NCBI GenBank assembly: GCA_951406725.2
Contig: OX597838.1
Coordinates: 41,168,001 to 41,232,000 of the forward strand
DNA: 64,000 bases
Direction: 5' to 3'
Source: Octopus vulgaris
Taxonomy: Eukaryota
The position numbers and the translations under genes are program-made. Positions 11,105 through 25,800 of this stretch are shown one piece after another. The notes beneath the pieces are model-generated. The model searched no databases. It was not told where the DNA came from and saw nothing but the letters and a program-made list of their open reading frames with translations. Position 1 is the first letter of the stretch. Every line of letters begins with the position of its first letter.

Positions 11105-14100
11105 CACAACATCACCCCCGTCCCTATCACCACAAGCCACCCTCACAGCAACAGCCATCACTCCCACCAGTTACACAGTTACAACAAATGCATTCATTGC
11201 AACCATCTTCACTACCACCAGCATTACAACATCAACTATCGCAACCAATACAGCAGTCAGAAGACACTGGTAATTCCCTGTTTTCCTTGGGTCCCCACCC
11301 AGTGAATAGTAGTACATTATCGCCACATCTACCATCTCGAGCACCACCGTCACCCCGATCGGAGCAGCAGCAGCAGCAGTCGTTAGGGCCGAGCATCCTG
11401 TCGGGTATTGCTCCTTCACAGGGTAGTATTGTGTCCAGCAAAAGGGACATCTTGGAGTCACTTAATCAGGACACCACCACCACAACCATTACCACCACCA
11501 ACACCACCGCCAACAACAACAACATCAACAACCACCACCACCACCACCACCACCACCACCGCAGCAGCAACAACTCTGTATTGGAATCTCTTTTCAACTT
11601 AAACTGTCCAGTCCCTGAAAAACCAGATTCAGGTAAGCTTGACTTTTGTGGTCTACTGAAATGGTCGCATACTTATTTGTAACCTATCATCGACTATCTT
11701 TACACCCTTCCCCTGTTCCCCTCCCAGTTTTTGAGTTTGGAAACTGAGCTGGACATTTTTTCAATCTTACTCTGTAACTTAGTTACGATTATTATTATTA
11801 TTGATGTTACAATGTAATTTCTCTCTAGGAATTGTCATACTGTTACTTAAAGGTTAACTCTTGTGTGCAAGTATGCTATTTTTTTTTTTTAATTCTTGTC
11901 CCTGTCCTACACATTTTAACCCTTTCGTTACTGTATTTTGAGATGCTCTGTGTTTCTTTCAATTATTTTAAATATAACAAAGAATTTAACAAAGTAAGTT
12001 AAGCTAGTGTTTTTTTAATTCAAAACTTAAGAAAACAGTACATTTGTACTACAGAACCAGAGCTGGTTTCAGCCGGGTTGGTAACGAAAGGGTTAAAACA
12101 GGTGGTTTTTTTAAAAAAAATTTTTTTGCATAGTATTAAGAAATGCTGTTTTACCTACAAATTTATCTGAAATCCCCTTACATCTACCTACCATTTAATG
12201 TTTTTAAGTAAATTGTAGATCTGATTAATGGGTAAATGGTCTTGAAATTCAGAATTAGGTGGTAGATTTGCCAGATTCATTGAAGAAACAGTGGGTAGCA
12301 GTTAGTCTTTGTAGAATTTCTCTAGCATGGTTCAATGTTAAAAACGTTTGTACTTGATGTTTGTTGTCAATGTATGACTAATTTTTCAGAAACCTCCAGA
12401 CTGTTCTGTCACATGGCATGGAGTTATACACACACACACACACACACACTCTAAGTTGATATAGCTGTACAAACTGTCTAGATGTGTGGGGAGGGGGTCA
12501 CATGAGACTTGAATTGTTTTATGTTAATTTCACCTGTTTTGATGCCATGTATGACCAACATTTCCACTCGTGCATGACCAAGGTTACCATTTGGCTTGAT
12601 GGGGATTTTTGTTGTATCTCTTTCTCATCTTCTCTCTCGCCGCCACCCTTCCCTAGCCTGTTTCTCCTCCTCTTTCTTCTGTCTCCCATCCATTCCTCCA
12701 TGGTGGCTTCCTGTCTGTCCCTCTTCAGTCTCGCATTAATCACTGATGAAATTTGCTTTACGTTAATGTTCAGAATACGTGTGAAAGTCAAGTTTTGATT
12801 GAATATTTAATATCTCTGGGTGTAAGGGATATTAATGTACAAGGAATTAAAATTTTTGTTAAAATTTGATCTTTTTTCTTTTAGAAAAGCAAACAAAAAA
12901 CAAACCTGAGCTGTATGCTAATTAAGACAGGCAACTATCACTGTATTAAAGGCCAATTACTCAAACTAAATTTTAATTATTAATCAGAAATTTTAGTGTT
13001 TATAGTGTCTCAAAAATACAGATTCCTTAGACAGTACAATTTTTCTGCATGATATTGCAATATACGCACAGGTGTATTTCACTCTTAGAAATCTGTAGTT
13101 TTTTTTTTTTTTTTTTTTGAGACACTATATTAATTTGATTTAATACTAATATCTTAACATTTTCTGTTATAAAAATTATCAAATTGAATTAACATTCTTT
13201 TCGAAATTCTTTCAAAACTTTACTAAAAATTTTCATTGGTCATAGGTAACAATGTGAGTTTTTTCTTAACACAATTCTTTCAGATGGTTTTTGTTAAAAA
13301 TTTTCTACAAAATGCCTCTATTTCTGCTGTTTTAAAAGCGTCTTCTGACCAATTTTTTCTTTTTTTTTTCTTTCTCCCCTTGTCCCTTCTGATTCAATAT
13401 TTTTAGGTAGTCCTACCAATGTCAATGTGCACGATGCTTCTGCTCAACTCAAGGCCTTACTGTTTGGTAAAGCTGGCCCAGATGCTGTTGCTGCCTCTCC
13501 AACGCCTGGTATAAATGCCTATGGTATGTAGACTCTTCTTTTGTATTCTCTTGCTTCTACTACTACTACTTCCTACAATTAAGACCTTTAGTTACTGGCT
13601 ATTAAACTTACTGATTTCTAACGAGTACCAGATCATGCATTTTGGGAGGAGAAATAATATATATATATATATATATCAATAATAACAAAGGGTAAAATTA
13701 ATTAATTAAGAAGTAATTTATAATTTCACCAAGTAGAATTCGGTATGAAAAAAGGACCATTTCACGGTAAGTTTAAGTAATACTAATAAAAAGGGTTCAG
13801 CAAAGATTTGCTTCACCAGACACTGAAGTTTAGAAATAGCAGCCAAAAATCTTAGCTATTTCTTCTACTTTTAAAGTAGAAGAAATAGCTAAGATTTTTG
13901 GCTGCTATTTCTAAAATTTGGTGTCTGGTGAAGCAAATCTTTGCTGAACCCTTTTATTAGTGTGTGTGTGTGTGTGTATTTATTTATTTCTGCTTCCAAA
14001 ATGCATGACCTGGTACCTGTTCTGCCAACGTTTGGACTGGTTTAACTTTTGCAGGCGTTCCCAACATCTGAACATCTCCCCGGCTGAACTCTCGGCCCTT

Positions 14101-16781
14101 TGATGTCTCCGATGCCGCAAAGACATTATCATAAAACAGCCAACAACGGTGGAGCTGTGGTGGTGTGGCGTGCAGACCTCTACAAAGTTGAAGATCTCTG
14201 CCAACTTCGAGACCCCTCTTTCTGTTGCCCTTTGCCCCTCTAACCCCATGCCTGGCTACCAACAAACTGTGTCCTCCACTATCCACAACCTCATCTCCTG
14301 TCTCCCTCCAGCCACATTATCTGCACTCCTCACACTCCCACCCTTTGCTTCCTTCATGAAATCCACAAGCCCAACAACCCTGGCTGCCCCATCATCTCTG
14401 CCTGTAACTGCCCTACGGAACTGATCTTGAAATACCTTGACTTTTAGTATGAAAACCTACAAGTTAAATTGCTGAGTTGACTTAAAACTGCTATATTCAA
14501 GGGCAATTACAGAAAAGTGAAATATAATGGGCTGCTTAGAGGCATAAGGTCCAAATTTTGAATGGGTGTACTTTTATTCGGGTACATATCTGTGAAAGAG
14601 TGGTACTTGTTATTAACTTGCCAGACACACTGGGGTCGAGGTCAGCAAGAGCAACTCCTTGCCACCCATGCAGCATAGAAATAAAATAGATGTTATGAAT
14701 TTTAAAAAAAATTTTTTTTTTTTTTAATTTAAAGGGTATGACACAATATTTTGATATGTTTGTTAGCAGTCTTAACTGAAATATATTGGTTTCCAATTCT
14801 GGCACTGCAAGTTCGTGGAAGGGTGTAAAATGATTACATTGGCACCAGTGTCCAACTGGTACTTATTTTAACGACTCTCCAAATGAATAATAATAATGAA
14901 ATTATTGTATACAGTGCTCAGGTGCACCACAACTTGTCAGAAAGTGCATATAAAGTACATGCAGTAATGTACAAATGTCTGGAAAGCGAACAATGTATGA
15001 GTCAGATACATGCTTGTGTGTGTAAGGAGGGGAGAAAATCAGGTGTAGTGTTAGCGAATCTCAGAAAGCATGGAAGTTTTGAAGGATGCAGTGCTCCAAC
15101 AACTAACAACTGATGCCGGCAGTTTGTTCCATGCTTCAACTCTCAGCGGGAAAAAAAAAAAATTCCTGAAGTCATGGGAGCTGTGCTGTTTTCTGACTTT
15201 GTAAATATGTCCACGGGTGTTAGATGGGTGGAGTTCGAAAAGGTGCTCAGAGTTATTGTTTGTACGATGGTTGATAATTTTATGGGTGTCTGCCAAGTCA
15301 GCTGCCAGATGTCGGAGTTTCAATGTGTCCATGCCCTGGGAAGTAAGGCGTTCAGGATATGGCAAATGAAAAGCAGAATTTGAACTAAACGTAAAAACAG
15401 ATGAAATGCCACTAAGCATTCTGTCCGGTGTGCTAATGGTTCTTGTAGTTCATCATTTTATTCTTATCGGAAGTATATGACAAGTATTTCATGTTATCAT
15501 TAACATAGCCAAAATATATTGCTGCCATTAGGATAATCTAGATGTAGTGTAAACTTCCGTTTATGTAAAGCGATACTATGCCAAGGGATCGAAGATTGCA
15601 GTTCTACCAAAATATGTGACAAATTCAAAGATAACAAAGCTCATATGTCTACTCCACTCCACCTCCAAATGTGGTGTGGATTCTGTTAATTTTTCTGGTG
15701 ATTGAAACCATTCCTTTCTTGACACTTTACCAGTTCATTCTTTAGTGTCAACATTTTTTCAAAAAACTTGGTAGCTGACCCCCCCCCCTTTTTTTTGTTT
15801 GTTTTTATTATTAACTAGCAGTATCGCCCGGCGTTGCTCGGGTTTGTGAGGGAAATAATTATAAAGCATTTTTAGAGTTATAGCCAAAAAATAGCAAAAA
15901 AAAATGCATTAAAAATGGAAAAAAAAATATGGTAAATTTTATTTTAAATAGTAGACGCATCGTAGACATTTTTAGAGAGTTACTTCCCTTATATAATAGC
16001 GAAAAAAATGCATTAAAATGGAAAAAAATGATGTTAAATTTTTTTTTAAATCGTAGACTCATCGTAGACGCGCGCTAATACCCAGAAGGGCTCGATATGA
16101 ATCACGACTATAAGATACGATAAGTTGGTTAAACTGCACCGCAAAATGTGGGAGTAGTTAGGAATCTAAATCGTAGGAGACAGATACACAACCTTACTTT
16201 TATATATAAAGATATAAAACTGGACATCTTTTTTTTTTTTTTTTTTTTCCTCCTTTTGCAGGCATGCCAGGCCGTGTAAAGACGGTTGCTGAGATTGAAG
16301 CTGACCTCCACCACCAAATGAGTCCCAACGGTATGGTTACTGTAAGTCCTTTGGAAGTACCAGACTGCAGTGGTGATATGTCAGCCTTCAACAAACTCCT
16401 CTCTATGATGAAGGCAGCTGCTGTCGACAATTCTAAACCTCATGTAAGATAACCATCTCGTTATGCTCTCTTTCCTTATTCTTTCCTCTTCTCTCAATTC
16501 CTCTCTTTTATGTCAGTCCTTCCCTTTTTCTTTTTTTTTTTTTGTGTGTTTTTGTATTAAACTGAAAACCATTTGAGAAAACATTTCACATAGGCGCAGG
16601 AGTGGCTGTGTGGTAAGTAGCTTGCTAACCAACCACATGGTTCTGGGTTCAGTCCCACTGCGTGGCATCTTGGACAGGTGTCTTCTGCTATAGCCCCGGG
16701 CCGACCAATGCCTTGTGAGTGGATTTGGTAGACGGAAACTGAAAGAAGCCTGTCGTATATGTGTGTGTGTGTGTATGTATG

Positions 16782-16814
<33 letters not shown>

Positions 16815-19800
16815 TTGTGTGTCTGTTTGTCCCCTAGCATTGCTTGACAACCGATGCTGGTGTGTTTATGTCCCTGTCACTTAGCGGTTCGGCAAATGAG
16901 ACAGATAGAATAAGTACTGGGCTTACAAAGAATAAGTCCCGGAGTCAATTTGCTCGACTAAAGGCGGTGCTCCAGCATGGCCGCAGTCAAATGACTGAAA
17001 CAAGTAAAAGAGTAAAGAATAAACCAAATGATCTTCAAATTCTTTAAACCTCTGTTGCTTGTTTCCTCTAACAGTTTTGCTAGATGAAACTGAGTTCATT
17101 AATGTCCTTGATCGAAGATCTTGGACACATGATGCTGAACATCTTGTGAATGAGGAATTAGCCAATATTGTAATGTAAATATTACATGTCTTTGTGGGAT
17201 TGTTGCTCTTTCCTGTCTCATATTTTTACTTCTCACAATTATAGTTTTGAGTAGATTTCTACAAAAATGACTGTCAATTTTGAGAAATTCTGCTTGATAT
17301 GTTAACAAATAAGTAATCCTGTCAGAAATAGAATTAAGTATGGAATAAAAATATCCATCCATCTTTTCCACCCATTATTCTGGGGAGGGTTGTCAGTTGA
17401 GTCCTCAGGCACCTCCTCCATAGGGTCCTATCACAACTCTTATTACATTTTCCGGTTGGATTCTCAAGCATGACCAACTAAAACTATGGATATCATCCAA
17501 CCATCTCGTTCTTGGGATGGCTCTTTTTACATCTGCCAGTTGACTTGAAGAATCCATCTTGTGATTCTTTCCTTCAACATTATCAGATATCTGTATTACT
17601 GGAGCTGTAACCTTTCACTGTAGGGAAATAGTTGTAGCTTGACCTGCTGTGACTTCCTGATTTCTGAGTTATGCACTGTTGAATAGACTCAAGAGATTCA
17701 TTGCAGAAAACCCTATTTCGGCTGTTTGTATTCAGGATTGTACTCTTTGACCATTACCCAGCACTCCTGACCATAAGTGGGGAGAAAATAGGTTAATTGT
17801 AATTTAAAGAAAGAAAATATTTTTATGAATTACAATTCTGGAATCTGTAAAGTTATTGCTTAATTGTTGCTTTTACATAATTTATACACTTTCAGAACAA
17901 CTTTGTAGATACACTATAATTTCTGGTACCAACCCTTGGTACTGAAACGGAATAAACGGAATGGTGGTGCTGTCATGCACACACACACACACACACACAC
18001 ACTATTATGGCAAATTTTATTAGCCTTTTTCCTGTCCTGTGTCACGTGAGACACAGGACATAATTCCCTAGCATGTCATCATATGATACACGTACCTAAT
18101 TGTTTTTAAACCACCAGGGTCACTTGGGACTTATGAATGAAAGAAAAGCTTTATATTATTCAGAACAAAAACACATGGCTTACATAAGTCTGTAAACCAG
18201 CTTGGACGTTTAGGGTTAACTTATGAAAATGCTTTGGACAAGCAAAGGATTGTTCCAGCCTGCTGAAGTCTTAATTTCTTTAACATGCTACTGGGTTTGC
18301 CATTCACGTGAATACAGGCATTTTTAGGTAAATGCTTGTAGATGAGCTTTTTAGGGTATGATATGGCTGGGAGGTTTTCTCATCAAAGTTTGTCACATCT
18401 AAAATCCTAGTGTTGTTGTTGCAGACACTCATAGATTCATCTTTAGGTATCTCCAAAAATGGCCATTTGGCTGAATCGGAAGTCTCCCTCTCACCAGTTT
18501 ACTACAACCATTATTTCTTGGACTCCCCCACTTCTTTCTCTCTTCCACTACTGTTCCAGCTAACTTCATACTCTCTGTTCCTAGTTGCACTAGTCCCATA
18601 TAACTCTACCTCTATTAGATCTCACTTCCCAGAACGTGTATTGAACTTTCCTCGACACTGTTATTGTTCACTTCTCTCCTTGTAGATATTGACTTACAGG
18701 TATTCAAATTGTCCATCAGCTGGACAACTTGGACATAATTCTTACTGGTCTGGGACTGCTTACCCTTTCATTTTCATAAAGAAAAAGAAAATAATTGAAA
18801 ATAGATGTAGGCATAGCTGTATGGTCATTTTCTTTGCAAATATGCCTTCAGGTTCTGCCCCACAATGTGGCCCCTTGGACAAGTCTCTTATGTCTTGTTA
18901 GGTTGACCAATGTTTTGTGAATGAAATAGACAGTGTGGAAACCCATTGTGTGTTTCTCTGTCTTTACATTAGAAGCTATTCAAATGTTGTCAATGTCCTG
19001 TAACTTAGTGGTGCAATAAATAGATATTGCTAAAATAAGTACTAGACTTAAAAAAAAAAACAACAAAAAAAAATAAAATCAATGGAGTTGATGATTGACT
19101 AAGATGCTCTTCAAGGTGGTAGTATGGCTGCATTTTTGACAAACCTGTAAAAGTAAACTGAGGCCTGGCACCTGAGACACCTGTACTCCATTTGGTCTTA
19201 GTACCCACAAGCTTCAGCTGACAGTCCAGCAAATTAGCAATTTGTTTCACCTGATTAATACACAGAATTGTAAATCTGTGAATGATTTTGTATTATTTAA
19301 AAATTTTTTGTCTTCTATCTTTCATTTTCTTCTTTCAGATTCCAGATCGCAGGTCACCTCCAAATCTTCCTGCTCAGCCTCCACCAACCATTCCATATTT
19401 AACATCTGGCCAAAATGAATTTTTGCATGTAGGTTTAATTTGAATTGCCATTTCTATAATATATAGAAAAGTCTTATATACTTTCTATATTGCTCTTCAC
19501 CAGTCCTCCCCTTAAGTAATTTTGGAAGTTTGCTCTTCATAGATATGAGTTTAATGGTTGGAAATTGTACCATGTGCTACCCACAAATCTTTTTGTGCTG
19601 TGTGCAATATGCAGGGTATATAGCTGTAGAAAACCTGCCTTGACCCTTCCATTACCATCTCAGCTGAAACTGCCTCTGACTCTATAGTACAAATGTCTTG
19701 TTTCCATAAGATTTTAATGAAAATTTTCCACCAAACCTTAGTCACAATTTATGTTCCTAACACCAACTTAGTTATTTTACTAAATTCTTTGTTATATTTA

Positions 19801-22800
19801 AAATTAATTGAAAGAAACACATAGCATCTCAAAATAAATATAGTAACGAAAGGGTTAATGAATTCATGCAAGCATGGAAAAAATTAGGCCATTAAGATGA
19901 TGGTTTTTTTTGTCTATCACTTGTAAATTCAGTATTTTCTTCGTGAGCATGAACCCAATTATATTAAAAAAGGCTTCTCTTCTTGCATAGAGGTATGGAT
20001 AACCTTCATGGTGTCGTCAGCTTTTAAGTGAAACATTACAACTTCCTTTCCAAGCTAATGAGATTAGAGATGAGGATATCTTTGGTGCCTTGCTTCAGAA
20101 CTCTGCCATGATTTGAGCTGATGTTGGCTATGAATTTCAGCTATGGTGGTTAACTCTGTAAATGGCTAACTAGTTTTGGGACACAGTTAACTTGTGATAA
20201 GTCTGGTTCCACTCACTGATTTCATTACTGTGTGGTATGATTTGCAGTTTGTGGTTGAGCAACTTGTGTCTCAACAAGATTTTGGTATCAGTTCCACTGT
20301 GTGATGTCTTAGACAGGTGTCTTCTAATATATCCCTGGGTTGATCAAAGCCTTGTGAGTGGATTTGGTAGATGGGAACTGAAAGAAGCCTGTTGTGTGTG
20401 TTAGTGTCCCTTTGACTTTGTGTGAGAGTTAAAGTGTCACTGTCATACAAGCGGTGGCCTTTGTTTCCAGTCTTCTGTGAAAATGGAAACTTGTGTGGAC
20501 TGGTGACAAGATGGGCATCAGTCATAGAAAACCTCGATAAACTCTGTCCAACCCTTGTAGGCATCGAGAAGTGGACTTTAAAATGATGATGATTTTCTAG
20601 TTGAGCCTAATGGTTAGCAATAGGTACAGCATTCAAATGTGAAACTATATCCTAGACCATTTTTGTTTCTAAATTTACAGGCATTGAATCGCAACAAAGA
20701 ACAGCAACTCCAGATTCAACAGCAGACTCTGAATCAAATTCGAATGCAACAACAGCACCAACACCACCAGCACAACCAAGAACAGCAGCAGCAGCAAAAG
20801 TCCAATCAGCCACCAACACCACAGCAGCAACAACAACCGACACCTGTCTTGCAACAACCTACCTATGTGTCTGGAGTTACTCCAACTGGAAGTGGACAGC
20901 AGACCTCTTCTGATGCTATCCTAAACTTCATCAAACAGAACCCAGACATTATTGCAAAACCTGCATCACCGAACCCACAACTGGCAGCAGTTCTACAACA
21001 TGTCGGACACCGGAACCTTTCCCCTGGAGGACCTCCATTGCACCCTACAACATCTCAGTACCTGCAACAGAACTTGCTATCTGGCCAGCCTGGCTCTGTA
21101 CACACCGCTCAGCCAAGAATCCCTTCTCCTATTAGTAAGTTTCCTCTGGTTCTCTTGTATTTAGAAACTACACACACAAAAGCAAATGTTATGATGGGGA
21201 AGAATTTCGGTAATATTGCTGCTACTTTTCCAGTTCTCCAAAGAATTCTTGGAGAGATGTAAGAATCTGTTAAAGATATTTATAACTAAGAACTAATACG
21301 GAAGTGAATATTTTTTTTTTTTCATTTAGTGAAAAACTCTTTCATTCTTTTATTTCTGAGCAATTTCAAATTTACAACAAAGTTCTAACATTTTGAAGAT
21401 CAAGAATTTTTTTCCCCCCTATTTCTCTTCAACTTACTACTTACAGCAATTTCCTTGCAATTTCATAAATCTTTTATCAAAGCTGCTACAATAATATAAT
21501 CGGTGTTTTTTAGGAGTCTTTGACACTTAGCGCTCTCCGGAATGATTAAATTTCCATAACTGCAGATAGATTTCGTCAGCCGGAGATAACTTGGAGTTAA
21601 ACCACAAAAGCATATTTATTGCCACAGATACTAATACTGAAATGAACCACAATATCAATCTGGGAATAGTTTCTACTAGTACCATTGGTCTAGACCAGAT
21701 CTCACGTAATCATATTACCAGAATGTTGTATAGAAACTTCATTGCGCATTCAACTATATATTTATTGTTTGTCTATGCACAATAGAGTAGAATCGATTTG
21801 TCTTGTATGATCTGGAGAAATGTAATTGAACATAAACGAATATCATACGATCTTAAGCGCTGAAAGTTTTCACGTGCACAACTGTTCATCTTCAATTTGC
21901 CAATGGACTCAACAGATTTCTCTTTAATAGATTTCTCTTTAATAGATTTCTCTTTAATAGATTTCTCTTTAATAGATTTCTCTTTAATAGATTTCTCTTT
22001 AATAGATTTCTCTTTAATAGATTTCTCTTTAATAGATTTCTCTTTAATAGATTTCTCTTTAGGAGCCTAAAGTCGTTTGAATTGCAAAAATCAGTTCAGC
22101 AAAAAGTAATGTTGTTTAGCCTCAGCTTAACCTTAACAGAGCAGACTTATTAATAGCCATTCCCCCTGTGTCCATTACACTTTTAAAAACCTTTTTAGGA
22201 TTACATTATTCTGTGTTCGCCTTATATTATTTTAACTCCTTTTTAGCATTCAGATTTCTCTGCTCATTTATTCACATTGTTTTGAATTAATCAGTTATCT
22301 TGAAGCTTTGAGATTTCAATGATGAGATTTAGTTTTAGAATGACATTGTAGGTAGGTGTGAGAGGTCAAATTTGGCCAGCTTAGATATAAAATAGGTAGA
22401 ATATTTGGGCCAGATATGGTTGGATTAAATCCTAAAGGGTTAAGATAGTGGAAGTGATTTTGTACTTTTAAAAGATCAGATGACCACATAGGAGTTTCCT
22501 TAATGGTCTGGAGCCTAAAATATAATCTGTTACTGGGATAGGATTCATCAAATTTTGTTTTTCTCTCTGTAACTATATGTTTGGTGCTACTTACGCATAT
22601 AGTCTACTGCAGTATCCATAGCATTATGTAACAAATTTTAATTTTTTTCCTGTTTTTGGTCAGTGTTATGTCCTATTTGCTTCTATTTAGAAGTCAAAGG
22701 AAATGACTACTATTCCCCTTCAAACTTTGCGTTTGTGACTGGGACATCAATGTTTTGAAACTGACCTATTTCCCATTACATTTCAGACAGATTCAGCATC

Positions 22801-25800
22801 TCAGTTGCTGAAGCAGAAATATCATTATAGGAAATATTCTGCTCACTGCCACAGATTTGCTTGTCAATTGCTTGACCGTAACCAGTTGAACATGTCCCTT
22901 AATGGCTGACAATATGTGCATCCCTGATTATGAGCAGGAATTGTTGGGGAGCCTCATAGCCATGTGTTCTTTGGAATTTGGATAAATGTAACAAGAGCAA
23001 AGTTTGAAGAAATTATTAACCATTTTTCGTACTTTCTTGGTGTAAGCAAATAGGATATAATAGTTGCTATCCAAGGACAAAAATTGTGTTACACAGGGTA
23101 GTCTATGCTGGGAAACTACTTGATCTGAGATGCTAAAGTATAAATGGCCTGGTAGACTGCTTGCTAAAGTGGCAGCATTTGTTCTTTATATTTCAACTAG
23201 CAGTATCGCCCGGCGTTGCTCAGGTTTGTAAGGGAAATAACTATATAAGCATTTTTAGAGATGTAAAGTATAATAGCCATCTCAATATGGCTAACCACAA
23301 AGGAGGGGTGTTACTGTAGCTTTTTACGTTCTGAGATTTAATAATGCATTTTTATAGAGTTACTTCCCTTATATAATAGCAAAAAAATGCATTAAAATGG
23401 GGAAAAATGATGGTAAATTTTTTTTTAAATCGTAGACTCATCGTAGACGCGCGCTAAATACCCAGAAGGGCTCGATATGAATCACGACTATAAGATACCC
23501 GCTTTTGGTTACACTGCACTGCAAAATGTGGGAGTAGTTAGGAATCTAAATCGTAGGAGACACTCAACTTCACTTTTATATATAAAGATGTCCTTTTACA
23601 ATGTACTGGACTGGAAAAATGTATTGATAATTTTTGTTTTCTCACTTTTAATTTAAAATTTAACTAATGTACAAATTTTTTTTTATTGCAGTGTTTAGTC
23701 AACAACCACCTGTACACTTAAGTGCACCTGCACCTGTCCATCCTGGGCCCCTGGTGCAAAGCAGTCTTGGTCAGCCTATTAGTAATTTGACGGTAATAAT
23801 CACATTCATCCTTTTTTTTTCTTTTTTAATTGCTTAGCCACAGGTCACAGCCTTCATTGAGATCGGTTTAACTTCCCACCTATTCTTGGAGCTATGTGAA
23901 CTGTTTTTTTGCTCAAAAACTCAACCCCCTGCCTAGTCAGGAATTGAAACCACTATCCTACATGTATGAGTGCAGCCACTATCCACTAGGCTATGCACCT
24001 TCACTATTAGTAATATATAAAGCAAGACAGTTTCTGAACATTTAGATTGCTTAATAAATTTTTCACTGTTTGTTACAGTTGCTAATAAACGCTAAAGCCA
24101 TTTCTGAAGATCACTTGGACATGATAATGAAAATTTTAGGTGTTTATGTCATTAATCATTGAAATTGGTGTTTGCTTAATGAATTGATGAAATTATCTTT
24201 TTCCATTCTTCAGAGTGCAACCAACATACGACCTCACAGTGTGCTTCCGCGCGTGAACAGCCCCAAGGATATGATGTCCTTTAAGAAGGATATGGAAGAA
24301 CATGAACGATTTCTTAGAAAACAACAAGAAAGGTCTTTGTTTTTATTATAAAGAGTCTGACTTTAACCCTTCAGCTTTCAGGTTACTCAGTCGAATACAA
24401 GGCTTATTTATCCACATTGCTTTGGATTAATCATGCATTCTTGTAGCTCCAAGATTTTGATGATTGTTTTTAGAATATTGCAGGGTAGGTGTGAGCGGTC
24501 AGGTCTGTCCACTTTGAACATAAAAGCAGACTAAAGGGTTAAGCGTTTACTGTTTTGATAGATGGTGATGGCTTTGTCTGATGACTGGTTGAAGCCACAA
24601 CCTAATAACAGTAGCTGGGTTATATTTTATTTTATCAACAGCTCTGTGCTGAATCTCATAAAAAAACCATTTGAATGTCCAGTGGCTCAGTCCACATGGA
24701 CTTAACCCTTTAGTGTTCAGATTATCCTATCAAACAAAATGCTTCTTGATTCCCATTGATTTGAATTAATCATGCATTATCTCATATCTTCAAGATCTTG
24801 ATGGTGTAATTACCTAATGTAGAATAACATTGTAGGGTAGGTGTGAGAGCCTGGATCTGGTCAGTTTGAACATAAAGCAGATTAAATATTTTGGCCGGTT
24901 TAAATACTAAAGGGTTAAATAAGTGGCATAAGATGGTATATCATCACTGCGAGAGGCTAAAGAAGTATCAAGCTCTTGAGTCTTAGCTTGCAGAGCTGAA
25001 TACTTTCTCTCAGATTCTTTGAGTGTATTTGTTTTCAGTTATTAATTGAAGAGGAAGTCATTGGTGATGGGTGAATATTGATTATTTAACTGGTTTAACA
25101 TTCGAACCTATTATAGATCTTTTCGTCTATTTCAAACTTTTCTTGCAATTTCAATGAAATGCTCATTTACTCGAAGGGTAAATTTTTCAACTCTATTCCT
25201 ACTTGTATATCATGGCAACTTGGTTGCTTAACCCTTCCATTACTGTATTTATTTTGAGATGCTCTGTGTTTCTTTCAATTACTTTAAATATAACAAAGAA
25301 TTTAGTAAAATAACTTAGTTATCATTAATCTAGTGTTAGGAACATAAATTGTGACTAAGATTTGGTGGAAGATTTTAATTCAGAACTTATGAAAACATGA
25401 CATTTGTACTCAGAGCCAGGGCCGGTTTCAGCCGGGTTGGTAATGAAAGGGTTAATGAATTTGACATTTCTGCAGGTTAGGGAGAGAACATGTATTTGCA
25501 AGTCAATGATGCCTGTGTGTGGAGGGAGCACAATTCTTGAAGGATTGTGTAATTTTATTTTGGTGGTCTGAGAAATAACTCTTGTCGAGTATGTATATTT
25601 GGTAACTGAAGTTAGGGAGTTTGTCGAAGGAAGGGTTTTCTTTTTGTGAACTTAATGACTGTAACCTTTTGTTTTACAGATCCAAGTCTCCTGTCTCTAT
25701 TAGCCGAGGAATTCCAACACCAGTCAATATGGGTCCCAAAGTAAGTAAAAATAAATAGATGTGCTTTTGAATTGATGACTCACTGTAATAGCATGCATCA

